A DNA stretch of 64,000 bases from Bugula neritina (taxonomy: Eukaryota; Animalia; Bryozoa): the NCBI GenBank assembly GCA_964035545.1, contig OZ037767.1:31884628-31948627 (forward strand), read 5' to 3'. Shown here one piece after another: positions 52,016-64,000 of the stretch (the stretch's first letter is position 1; each line of letters begins with the position of its first letter). The notes under the pieces are model-generated. The model searched no databases, was not told where the DNA came from, and worked only from the letters and a program-made list of their open reading frames with translations. Made by a program: the position numbers and the translations under genes.

Positions 52016-54387
52016 TCATGGAACCATAATCTGATAGAGTTTCACTGTAAATATTACAATATGTTATGTTAGATAACCACCTCACTCACTATATAACCAT
52101 CTCACTCACTATATAACCACCTCACTCACTGTATAACCACCTCACTCACTGTATAACCACCTCACTCACTGTATATCTACCTCACTCACTACATAACCAC
52201 CTCACTTACTGTATAACCACCTCACTCACTGTATAACCATCTCACTCACTGTATAACCACCTCACTCACTACATAACCACCTCACTTATTGTATAACCAC
52301 CTCACTCACTATATAACCACCTCACTCACTATATAACCACCTCACTCACTATATAACCACCTCACTCACTATATAACCACCTCACTCACTATATAACCAC
52401 CTCACTCACTGTATAACCACCTCACTCACTATATAACCACCTCACTCACTATATAACCACCCCACTCACTGTATAACCACCTCACTCACTATATAACCAC
52501 CTCACTCACTATATAACCACCTCACTCACTGTATAACCACCTCACTCACTATATAACCACCTCACTCACTGTATAACCACCTCACTCACTATATAACCAC
52601 CTCACTCACTATATAACCACCTCACTCACTATATAACCACCTCACTCACTGTATAATGACGTAAGAACTACCCATGAAAAAGACTCACCTCGCTGACTGA
52701 GTTTAGCTGCTGCCTCAGCCTCCTTAATTTTTGCTTCTCTCAGCTCTGCTGCCTCACTCAAAGCATTCTGATTGGTTGCTAACCTGCAATTGGTTAATAA
52801 GGTAATTAATATCAGCAGTGGTTATGCTCCTTTTATTTTCAACACACACAGATTTTACAGCGTAGTATAATGCATGGCAGTTGCTAAAAGCTGCATGAAA
52901 AAATGTTAAAAATAAAATATACTTTCAAAATTAGTCAAAAAATAAGTTTCACATAAAAATAGCATATCAGGTTTGAATAAGATTGAAAGCAATTCACTGT
53001 GAGATTGTAGAGATGCTGTTGATGTATCTGATTATAAATAGAGTTGTTCTCTCCTGGGCAAAGTTTAACTATAAGCCAGCAACTGGGAGCAAGCCAAGGG
53101 CTAGCTGTGCTTTCTTCAGCATATTTATATCATAATCATTACAAATAGCAAAAGTGTTGAATTAAATCTACATTTTGATTGAGTTATAATGGAAGGAGAA
53201 GTTTTACCTTTTCTGCCTCTTCTGAAAGCAGACACAGAGCACAATGATGAGCAGAGTGGCTGTAAGCCCTACACCAAATCCCAGACCCGTCGCTATTTTA
53301 GTGCTTAGAGTTGAGCTGGTGGTTGTAACAGCAGCAGTTGAGTTGGCAGCAAGTTCAACATCTTCTGAGTTGGTGAAGTTGGCAGCAAGTTCAACATCTT
53401 CTGAGTTGGTGACGTTGGCAGCAAGTTCAACATCTTCTGAGTTGGTGGTGTTGGGTGTGGAGAGATTAGCTAGGCTGTGGACAGATGTGCAGGTTGGCAT
53501 GGCAACAGCGAAGGTTTGGAGGACTGAAAGATAAACAAAGTATTGGGAGTGAGTGACATCTAGTGTTGTATTCTATGCTAACATGTGCTAATAACCAGCA
53601 ATTAGGGAGGCAATAACAAAGAAAGGTCTAACAACTTTACATAAGTTAAGTTTATAGATTCAGCTTAGTCCTTTTATCAAGTAGAAATTCATAGTGGGTT
53701 TGTAAAAATAATTCAATTTCAAACAAATTAATTATAAAAGAATCAACAAGTCATTAAAATTTTATAAATCTAAATAGCTCTACTGAACAAAAAAATAATT
53801 TTGAGACTTAGTTGGGGTGTAAAATGATTTCTCTGTATTTTCAAAGTACTAAATTCAAATTAAAAAACCTGCTCTCTTTAATATCATTTTACAGATAACA
53901 AATGAAACTAATGTACAATTATATGAATATTACCATAATACAAATATTATTATAATATAAATATTATTATAATATAAATATTATTATAATATTCATATTA
54001 CTATATTATAAATCACATATATGTTTCAATAAGAAATTTTATTAGAAACCACATATAATAAGCACTCTTTGCATAATAACCAACTTACTATACTGTAATA
54101 CTAATAGTACTTACATATATTGTATATATATCACAATATTATTTTATATTACTACACTATACAGAAATACTATTATACTGCTATACAAATAATGCAGCAC
54201 TGCCAACTATACTGCAGTAAAAGTTTATTTTTTTAGTTTTGGAAAAATGTTGCTTCATTTTTAGCAACTTTTTAGCCAAAACTGCTCTCACTAATCTATA
54301 GAATGTTGTGAGATACTTAGGCTATACACATTACTTAAACTCACCGAGCCTAACCATGGCATTTACAAGTATGAGCCTGCTCTTCAT
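52016..54387 (-). CDS. Uncharacterised type I single-pass membrane protein with a short Ser/Thr/Asn-rich ectodomain
   Basis: Exons 54387-54345, 53523-53208, 52783-52689 and tentatively 52044-52016. Signal-like N-terminus, 3x NSEDVELAAN(V/F/S)T repeat, TM segment IATGLGFGVGLTATLLIIVLCVCF followed by basic QKRQKR. Last exon uncertain. Confidence 0.6.
52073..52656. repeat. 20-bp minisatellite ATAACCACCTCACTCACT(A/G)T
   Basis: ~29 copies. Confidence 0.95.
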
Positions 54388-57300
54388 AGTGGAAGAGGGT
54401 ATGAAGATATGGGCAGACAGAGATCTGGTGTCACACAATACATAATACAAACTGACAGGAGCACCTGCCCATCTAGTTTATGAACCACCTGCTCACCAAT
54501 GCCATCTCGCTGACATGCTTGGACTGCCTGTGGTTGGCTGACTGTTATTTTCAGAGTTATGATGACATTCCATTCTATTTGTTTGTATGCTGACCTCAGG
54601 TGATGACTATTTAATAGTCCTGGAATGACAGATAAATACCAATAGACAGATGGAAACTGGACAAAGGCAAGACATTCTCTGTGTTGTGATAAGACTGGGC
54701 TATGACCAGCAGGAGACATGAAAGTGTTTTGTTGTAATACAATTAATTGTTGTGATGATTCTATTGGTTTATGATGAGCTTGATGACCTGTGAGCAGAGT
54801 ATATATTATACTGTATGCAGAGTGTATATTGTACTGTATGCAGAGTATATATTGTACTGTATGCAGAGTATATATTATACTGTATGCAGAGTATATATTA
54901 TACTGTATGCAGAGTATATATTGTACTGTATGCAGAGTATATATTGTACTGTATGCAGAGTATATATTGTACTGTGTGCAGAGTATATATTGTACTGTAT
55001 GCAGAGTGTATATTGTACTGTATGCAGAGTGTATATTGTACTGTATGCAGAGTATATATTGTACTGTATGCAGAGTATATATTGTACTGTATGCAGAGTA
55101 TATATTGTACTGTATGCAGAGTGTATATTGTACTGTATGCAGAGTGTATATTATACTGTATGCAGAGTGTATATTGTACTGTATGCAGAGTGTATATTAT
55201 ACTCTATGCAGAGTGTATATTGTACTGTATGCAGAGTATATATTGTACTGTATGCAGAGTGTATATTGTACTGTATGCAGAGTGTATATTATACTGTATG
55301 CAGAGTGTATATTATACTGTATGCAGAGTGTATATTGTACTGTATGCAGAGTGTATATTGTACTGTATGCAGAGTGTATATTGTACTGTATGCAGAGTGT
55401 ATATTGTACTGTATGCAGAGTATATATTGTACTGTATGCAGAGTATATATTATACTCTATGCAGAGTGTATATTGTACTGTATGCAGGGTATATATTGTA
55501 CTGTATGCAGGGTATATATTGTACTGTATGCAGAGTGTATATTGTACTGTATGCAGAGTGTATATTGTACTGTATGCAGAGTGTATATTGTACTGTATGC
55601 AGAGTATATATTGTACTGTATGCAGAGTATATATTGTACTGTATGCAGAGTATATATTGTACTGTATGCAGAGTATACATTGTACTGTATGCAGAGTGTA
55701 TATTGTACTGTATGCAGAGTATATATTGTACTGTATGCAGGGTATATATTGTACTGTATGCAGAGTATATATTGTACTGTATGCAGAGTGTATATTGTAC
55801 TGTATGCAGGGTATATATTGTACTGTATGCAGGGTATATATTGTACTGTATGCAGAGTATATATTGTACTGTATGCAGAGTATATATTGTACTGTATGCA
55901 GAGTATATATTGTACTGTATGCAGAGTGTATATTGTACTGTATGCAGAGTGTATATTGTACTGTATGCAGAGTATATATTGTACTGTATGCAGAGTATAT
56001 ATTGTACTGTATGCAGAGTGTATATTGTACTGTATGCAGAGTGTATATTGTACTGTATGCAGAGTGTATATTATACTGTATGCAGAGTGTATGTTGTACT
56101 GTATGCAGAGTGTATATTGTACTGTATGCAGAGTATATATTGTACTGTATGCAGAGTATATATTGTACTGTATGCAGAGTATATATTGTACTGTATGCAG
56201 AGTGTATATTGTACTGTATGCAGAGTGTATATTGTACTGTATGCAGAGTGTATATTATACTGTATGCAGAGTATATATTGTACTGTATGCAGAGTGTATG
56301 TTATACTGTATGCAGAGTGTATGTTGTACTGTATGCAGAGTGTATATTGTACTGTATGCAGGGTATATATTGTACTGTATGCAGAGTATATATTGTACTG
56401 TATGCAGAGTGTATATTGTACTGTATGCAGAGTGTATATTGTACTGTATGCAGAGTATACATTGTACTGTATGCAGAGTGTATATTGTACTGTATGCAGA
56501 GTATATATTGTACTGTATGCAGGGTATATATTGTACTGTATGCAGAGTATATATTGTACTGTATGCAGAGTGTATATTGTACTGTATGCAGAGTATATAT
56601 TGTACTGTATGCAGGGTATATATTGTACTGTATGCAGAGTATATATTGTACTGTATGCAGAGTATATATTGTACTGTATGCAGAGTATATATTGTACTGT
56701 ATGCAGAGTATATATTGTACTGTATGCAGAGTGTATATTGTACTGTATGCAGAGTATATATTGTACTGTAAGCAGAGTATATATTGTACTGTATGCAGAG
56801 TATATATTGTACTGTATGCAGAGTGTATATTGTACTGTATGCAGAGTGTATATTATACTGTATGCAGAGTGTATGTTGTACTGTATGCAGAGTGTATATT
56901 GTACTGTATGCAGAGTATATATTGTACTGTATGCAGAGTATATATTGTACTGTATGCAGAGTATATATTATACTGTATGCAGAGTGTATATTGTACTGTA
57001 TGCAGAGTATATATTGTACTGTATGCAGAGTGTATATTATACTGTATGCAGAGTATATATTGTACTGTATGCAGAGTATATATTATACTGTATGCAGAGT
57101 GTATGTTGTACTGTATGCAGAGTGTATATTGTACTGTATGCAGGGTATATATTGTACTGTATGCAGAGTATATATTGTACTGTATGCAGAGTGTATATTG
57201 TACTGTATGCAGAGTGTATATTGTACTGTATGCAGAGTATATATTGTACTGTATGCAGAGTATATATTGTACTGTATGCAGAGTATATATTGTACTGTAT

Positions 57301-57713
57301 GCAGAGTGTATATTGTACTGTATGCAGAGTGTATATTATACTGTATGCAGAGTGTATATTATACTGTATGCAGAGTGTATATTGTACTGTATGCAGAGTG
57401 TATATTGTACTGTATGCAGAGTGTATATTGTACTGTATGCAGAGTATATATTGTACTGTATGCAGAGTATATATTATACTCTATGCAGAGTGTATATTGT
57501 ACTGTATGCAGAGTATATATTGTACTGTATGCAGGGTATATATTGTACTGTATGCAGAGTATATATTGTACTGTATGCAGAGTATATATTATACTGTATG
57601 CAGAGTGTATATTGTACTGTATGCAGAGTATATATTGTACTGTATGCAGAGTGTATATTATACTGTATGCAGAGTATATATTGTACTGTATGCAGAGTAT
57701 ATATTATACTGTA

Positions 57714-58496
57714 TGTAACTGCCCTCCTAGTTTGCTATGAAAGTTCCATACGGGTGTATGTTTTAGTGTAGATAGTTTATTGATTTACACTGTTCACACC
57801 ATTTACACCTTTTACACCGTGAAACTACAATTTTCACAAAACAAAATGATTAAAATATGATAGAATAAGAGCAAATTAAACACAGAAAAGTACATAAAAG
57901 AATTTGATAAATTGCTTGTTTTATAATTATTAAAATATTCAAAGTAACAGTATAAATCAACAAAGTTATAATATATAAAAGCATACCTCTTTCACCCTTT
58001 CTAGGAGAGAGTTAGTAGTATAAAGAAAGCAACATTTTATACCGTGTGTTTGTAAAAACAGCTATAATATTATGTGAGAGTAGATGAGAATGGAACCTTG
58101 ACGCTTGAGGGTTCTTACGATAATGTCCTGGCTAAATGTATTTTAACTGTTTTTGTCGGCATGTGTAAAGCTAGTGCACTCAGTTTCTTAGTCATGGTTT
58201 TTTGAGTGCAGCCAGTGCAAAATAAAACTTGCAATGCACCGAGTGATACTAAAATGGTCTTGAAGATAAAAAAAAACAGTGACAAACAAGTGCTAAAGAG
58301 TACACTAAGGATGGGTGATTCATCGCTGTTGGAATATGTGACAACACAAACGCAGTGTGGCAATGTCGGTAAATGCTAAATTGCTAATTGATATATATTA
58401 TGACAGTTATGAACAAATTGACAGCAGAGTGTCAGTAAGCAAACTAAATAAAACCAAATTTATGAAATTTTACTATTTATTATAAAGGACACTACA
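57714..58496 (-). repeat. 3' LTR
   Basis: Direct repeat of 61037-61819. Confidence 0.95.
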
Positions 58497-58570
58497 CTCC
58501 CACCTAAAATTTCAGAAATTTTTCAGCAAAGTTTTACTCGTTATCCTTTAAATACATATGTATATATTTT

Positions 58571-60207
58571 TTAGTTTTCAATTAGTGTCACCAGCTTTGA
58601 GACAGGGCGGTGTAGGTACTTTTTGGAGTTCACAGGCTGGTTTCTATTACCAATTAAAATTTTGGCTGATCGGACTCTACCGTCTTTTGATTTTATACAT
58701 TCTACCACCTTTCCCATAGACCACTCATTTCTATTACCATTGTCATCCACAATAATCACTATGTTTCCGGTCTTCATTTCTCGGCCTGTTTGATTCACCC
58801 ATTTCTGGCGAGATTGGAGATAGCACAAATACTCAGTGCGCCAGCGCTGCCAGAAGTTATTTGCCAGATGCTGCACAGCACGCCAGCGCTTGCGGCTGTA
58901 AATATCACTGTCGGTGAATTCAGATGGAGGTGAAAGAATGATGTCTGACTTCATAGTCAGCAGGAGATTTGGAGTGAGAGGATGATGTTCTTCAGTGACT
59001 GTGGAAAGGGGCCTCGAATTTATGATAGCCATAACCTCATACATGAGGGTTCGGAGGTTACTGGTGTCGAGTCTTCCGGCATGTTTTCTCAGAACGTGCT
59101 GAAGTATGCTTCTAGCTGAACGGATCATCCTTTCCCAGACGCCACCCATGTGACTGGCTGCAGGCGGGTTTAGCTTAAACTCCAGGACACCTTTCTCAGT
59201 TAGTTCAGGAATAGCGCCAATGAAGTTGGTACCCTGGTCACACCAGATTTCTCTAATGGGGCCGCGAATAGCAATTACGTTGCGAATGGCATTTATGAAG
59301 GAAGAAGTAGTCATGTCATCGAGTAGCTCGATGTGGACCGCTCGACTGGCCAAGCAAGTGACCATTAGACCATAACGTTTCAGTTCAGTGCGTCTATCCT
59401 TGACTTGGAAGGGGCCAAAACAGTCGACTCCACAATAAGTGAAAGGGGGTGACTCTGTAACTCTTTCTGCAGGAAGTGAAGACATATTTGGAATGATTGG
59501 CTTACCGCGATCACGACGGCAGTCCACACAATGATAGATGAGAGAGGTAACTAGCTGTCTAGCACCTATGACCCAATAACCAGCTGATCTCATTTGAGCT
59601 AGGGTCATTCCACGACCTTGATGCTTAGCCTGGTTATGGAAGTGCTGAAGAAGAAGTTGGGTAAAATGTCCGGCCTTGGGAAGGATGATTGGGTGTTTGT
59701 TTGAGAACTCAATGAATGCGCTATGATCGAGTCTACCTCCAACTCTCATGATACCCTTTGAATCAAGGAATGGGCTGAGATTGAAGATAGGGCTGCTTTG
59801 ACTGATTTTCTTGCCATCTTTCAGGCATTGAGCTTCAGGAAGATGCTCCTGTTGTGCAGATTTGATGATGTATGATTCAGAGGCAGATTTTATATCATAA
59901 GAAGTGCTTTTCATGTGCTTAGAGCGTGCTTTCTGAATGAATAGTCCTGTCACTTTGACAGCTGTCGTCCAGGAGGAAAAGCGATGGAGCAAATGATAAA
60001 GTGTTGGATGGGTGGAGGTATCATGGGTTGAAGTAACAAGTGACTTGACCTCTTTGTCATCATTTCTAACTTGTGGGGTTGGCTGCTCAGGGATTACTAT
60101 CGGTTCATTCCAGAGAAAATCTGGTCCCGTGAACCAGTTGGATTTGTTTAGCTGATCAATGGTCAGACCTCTTGAGGCATGGTCAGCAGGGTTCTGGTCT
60201 GTTGGTA
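58571..60207 (-). CDS. Bel/Pao pol fragment: RNase H C-terminus, HHCC zinc-binding region, DDE integrase, C-terminal DUF5641-like region
   Basis: VPTDQNPADHASRG, W..GP.FLW, RVGGRL, HPIILP, H..H..C..C, GVDCFGP, RAVHIE, DQGTNF, GGVWERMIR, FWQRWRTEYL. No stops or frameshifts in this segment. Confidence 0.93.
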
Positions 60208-60369
60208 CTGTCACAAAGCGCACAATAAATTCAAAGATAGCACGCGTAACCACAGTAGGCAAGGAAAATCGTAGTGCGTTGACTGTTAAATTATTGCTTT
60301 GACCTAGTTATTGCCCGGAATGTAAACGCAGCACGCTGTGTTGTCACTATTACAACAGCGATGTTACAG
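60208..60369. mobile_element. Possible small TA-flanked MITE at the retrotransposon deletion junction
   Basis: TA-CTGTCACA...TGTTACAG-TA imperfect IR; pol homology stops exactly at its edge. Confidence 0.4.
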
Positions 60370-61036
60370 TAATAAAGAGATAGAACAAATGAAAATAAAG
60401 ATGCTCACTAATAGTAATTGTGATATGTGAATGAAAAGTTATAATTAGCTTGAGAGCTATGTAAAATTTGGTAGCTATGTAGTACAAGAAGTAAATTGTG
60501 GTTAACTAGGACAATGTGTCAGTTGGGTAAAAACTTATACAGTATAGATATAATTAAACTTATCACTCTGGAGTCTTGTTGGCTGCTGGCTCTGGCTCTT
60601 GGCTCTGGCTTTGTAGCTCTGGCTCTTGGCTGACTGGCGCTGGCTCGGTACGACTGTATAGGCTGATAGTTTGGCTATCGTTCGACTGCTGGTCAGTTTT
60701 CCCCGGAGACTGTATGCCTGATTTGGGTGAATTGTGGGTTGAGTTGTTTAACTTGGGTTTGGTGTGCTTGTGCTTATCGTAAGTGATGAATGAGAATTTA
60801 CTCTGTGCATGAGGATAGAAGCATTTCACATTAGAGTATTACGTGCTGTTTTGGATTAAAGTTGTGGGAGCTTGATGTAGAGTGGAAAATCAAGGTTCAA
60901 TCATTTGAGTGTAAGTAGGTTACAGTTTCGCTTGTCAGCAGCAAGTGGGAAGTTTACTTGCTGTCTTAGGTTAAAGTTCCACTTCGTGAGAGCTAAGAGT
61001 CTAACACTTGTCAAAGGCAAGTGGGAAGAGTTTCAC

Positions 61037-61819
61037 TGTAACTGCCCTCCTAGTTTGCTATGAAAGTTCCATACGGGTGTATGTTTTAGTGTAGATAGTT
61101 TATTGATTTACACTGTTCACACCATTTACACCTTTTACACCGTGAAACTACAATTTTCACAAAACAAAATGATTAAAATATGATAGAATAAGAGCAAATT
61201 AAACACAGAAAAGTACATAAAAGAATTTGATAAATTGCTTGTTTTATAATTATTAAAATATTCAAAGTAACAGTATAAATCAACAAAGTTATAATATATA
61301 AAAGCATACCTCTTTCACCCTTTCTAGGAGAGAGTTAGTAGTATAAAGAAAGCAACATTTTATACCGTGTGTTTGTAAAAACAGCTATAATATTATGTGA
61401 GAGTAGATGAGAATGGAACCTTGACGCTTGAGGGTTCTTACGATAATGTCCTGGCTAAATGTATTTTAACTGTTTTTGTCGGCATGTGTAAAGCTAGTGC
61501 ACTCAGTTTCTTAGTCATGGTTTTTTGAGTGCAGCCAGTGCAAAATAAAACTTGCAATGCACCGAGTGATACTAAAATGGTCTTGAAGATAAAAAAAAAC
61601 AGTGACAAACAAGTGCTAAAGAGTACACTAAGGATGGGTGATTCATCGCTGTTGGAATATGTGACAACACAAACGCAGTGTGGCAATGTCGGTAAATGCT
61701 AAATTGCTAATTGATATATATTATGACAGTTATGAACAAATTGACAGCAGAGTGTCAGTAAGCAAACTAAATAAAACCAAATTTATGAAATTTTACTATT
61801 TATTATAAAGGACACTACA
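61037..61819 (-). repeat. 5' LTR
   Basis: Direct repeat of 57714-58496. Confidence 0.95.
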
Positions 61820-63644
61820 CTGTATGCAGAGTGTATGTTGTACTGTATGCAGAGTGTATATTGTACTGTATGCAGGGTATATATTGTACTGTATGCAGAG
61901 TATATATTGTACTGTATGCAGAGTGTATATTGTACTGTATGCAGAGTGTATATTGTACTGTATGCAGAGTATATATTGTACTGTATGCAGAGTATATATT
62001 GTACTGTATGCAGAGTATATATTGTACTGTATGCAGAGTGTATATTGTACTGTATGCAGAGTGTATATTATACTGTATGCAGAGTGTATATTATACTGTA
62101 TGCAGAGTGTATATTGTACTGTATGCAGAGTGTATATTGTACTGTATGCAGAGTGTATATTGTACTGTATGCAGAGTATATATTGTACTGTATGCAGAGT
62201 ATATATTATACTCTATGCAGAGTGTATATTGTACTGTATGCAGAGTATATATTGTACTGTATGCAGGGTATATATTGTACTGTATGCAGAGTATATATTG
62301 TACTGTATGCAGAGTGTATATTGTACTGTATGCAGAGTGTATATTGTACTGTATGCAGAGTATATATTGTACTGTATGCAGAGTATATATTGTACTGTAT
62401 GCAGAGTATATATTGTACTGTATGCAGAGTATACATTGTACTGTATGCAGAGTGTATATTGTACTGTATGCAGAGTATATATTGTACTGTATGCAGGGTA
62501 TATATTGTACTGTATGCAGAGTATATATTGTACTGTATGCAGAGTGTATATTGTACTGTATGCAGAGTATATATTGTACTGTATGCAGGGTATATATTGT
62601 ACTGTATGCAGAGTATATATTGTACTGTATGCAGAGTATATATTGTACTGTATGCAGAGTATATATTGTACTGTATGCAGAGTATATATTGTACTGTATG
62701 CAGAGTGTATATTGTACTGTATGCAGAGTATATATTGTACTGTATGCAGAGTATATATTGTACTGTATGCAGAGTATATATTGTACTGTATGCAGAGTGT
62801 ATATTGTACTGTATGCAGAGTATATATTATACTGTATGCAGAGTGTATGTTGTACTGTATGCAGAGTGTATATTGTACTGTATGCAGAGTGTATATTGTA
62901 CTGTATGCAGAGTATATATTATACTGTATGCAGAGTGTATATTGTACTGTATGCAGAGTATATATTGTACTGTATGCAGAGTGTATATTATACTGTATGC
63001 AGAGTATATATTGTACTGTATGCAGAGTATATATTATACTGTATGCAGAGTGTATGTTGTACTGTATGCAGAGTGTATATTGTACTGTATGCAGAGTATA
63101 TATTGTACTGTATGCAGAGTATATATTGTACTGTATGCAGAGTATATATTATACTGTATGCAGAGTGTATATTGTACTGTATGCAGAGTATATATTGTAC
63201 TGTATGCAGAGTGTATATTATACTGTATGCAGAGTATATATTGTACTGTATGCAGAGTATATATTATACTGTATGCAGAGTGTATGTTGTACTGTATGCA
63301 GAGTATATATTGTACTGTATGCAGAGTATATATTGTACTGTATGCAGAGTATATATTGTACTGTATGCAGAGTATATATTATACTGTATGCAGAGTGTAT
63401 ATTGTACTGTATGCAGAGTATATATTGTACTGTATGCAGAGTTTATATTGTACTGTATGCAGAGTGTATGTTGTACTAGTATCACATGTACATCAAGTAA
63501 TATGACCTATTACATATTATAGTTCATATCATAGCTACAGATTTAGTGAGCGCATTATGAACTTTTATTTTATTAGTAAACAATAATTCATATGTTACAT
63601 TAGTAAACTGAGTAGGACACAAGACAGTAGCAGCTGCAGAGACA

Positions 63645-63780
63645 GCTAGTTATACACAGGTAGTTATACACAGGCAGCTATACACAGGCAGTTATACACA
63701 GGTAGTTATACACAGGCAGCTTATACACAGGTAGCTATACCCAGGCAGCTTATACACAGGTAGCTATATACAGGCAGCTG
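63645..63780. repeat. ~14-bp minisatellite TATACACAGG(C/T)AG(C/T)
   Basis: Tandem array. Confidence 0.8.
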
Positions 63781-64000
63781 GAGAGAAAGACTGCTCTGAT
63801 TGGGTATAAGACTGCAGAGTACAATGATATGTCTTACCGTAATACACTTGTAAACACATTGAGTAGAGTTGAATGCTTCAGAGAGAAGGTATTATAACTG
63901 TTCAATGGAATGATCATACGAACACACAATAGGGACCTGAGCAATTATTCAATGTGACAATGAAAGAGCTGACTATGGGTTAGAGCTGATAGCTTGTAAC

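Larger units (their letters stand above)
57714..61819 (-). mobile_element. Bel/Pao LTR retrotransposon, internally deleted (gag/PR/RT missing)
   Basis: Direct 783-bp LTRs TG..CA at 57714-58496 and 61037-61819; 5-bp TSD CTGTA; polypurine tract AGGTGGGAG on the minus strand next to the left LTR; internal integrase ORF. Confidence 0.95.
54794..63477. repeat. 23-bp satellite TATGCAGAGT(A/G)TATATT(G/A)TACTG interrupted by the LTR element
   Basis: ~127 copies left and ~72 copies right of the insertion. Confidence 0.97.

Noticed and set aside
58115-58363. 82-aa ORF duplicated at 61438-61686
   Set aside because: Lies within the LTRs and has no recognisable domain
60563-60829. Possible gag remnant or accessory ORF in the LTR element leader
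   Set aside because: Low-complexity sequence with no gag motif; cannot be supported
54771-63522. Long Cys/Tyr-rich ORFs in all three plus frames
   Set aside because: Artefacts of the 23-bp satellite

Overview
AT-rich, intron-containing eukaryotic (invertebrate metazoan) genomic DNA with canonical GT-AG splicing. It is not prokaryotic, and I found no CRISPR, rRNA or tRNA. A lophotrochozoan origin is only my impression. I reconstructed eight spliced genes by hand: an adhesion GPCR (minus; LRRs, a ~600-aa Thr/Pro mucin stalk and a GAIN region; runs off the left edge), CRYZL1 (-), MVD (+), an LDLa-repeat protein (-), NUP43 (+), a YccV/HspQ-domain protein (+), tryptophan hydroxylase (-) and an orphan single-pass membrane protein (-). 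Mobile DNA comprises an internally deleted Bel/Pao LTR retrotransposon (apparently identical 783-bp LTRs, 5-bp TSD) inside a 23-bp satellite, two adjacent CAC..GTG MITEs with 3-bp TSDs (one carrying a nested TTAA element), and small MITE relics. The most striking pattern is that many introns carry their own unrelated minisatellite. In at least 8 introns of 5 genes the repeat unit copies the adjacent splice junction (exon end plus GT donor, or AG acceptor plus exon start), giving arrays of near-perfect decoy splice sites. Most long ORFs in the supplied track are artefacts of these repeats.
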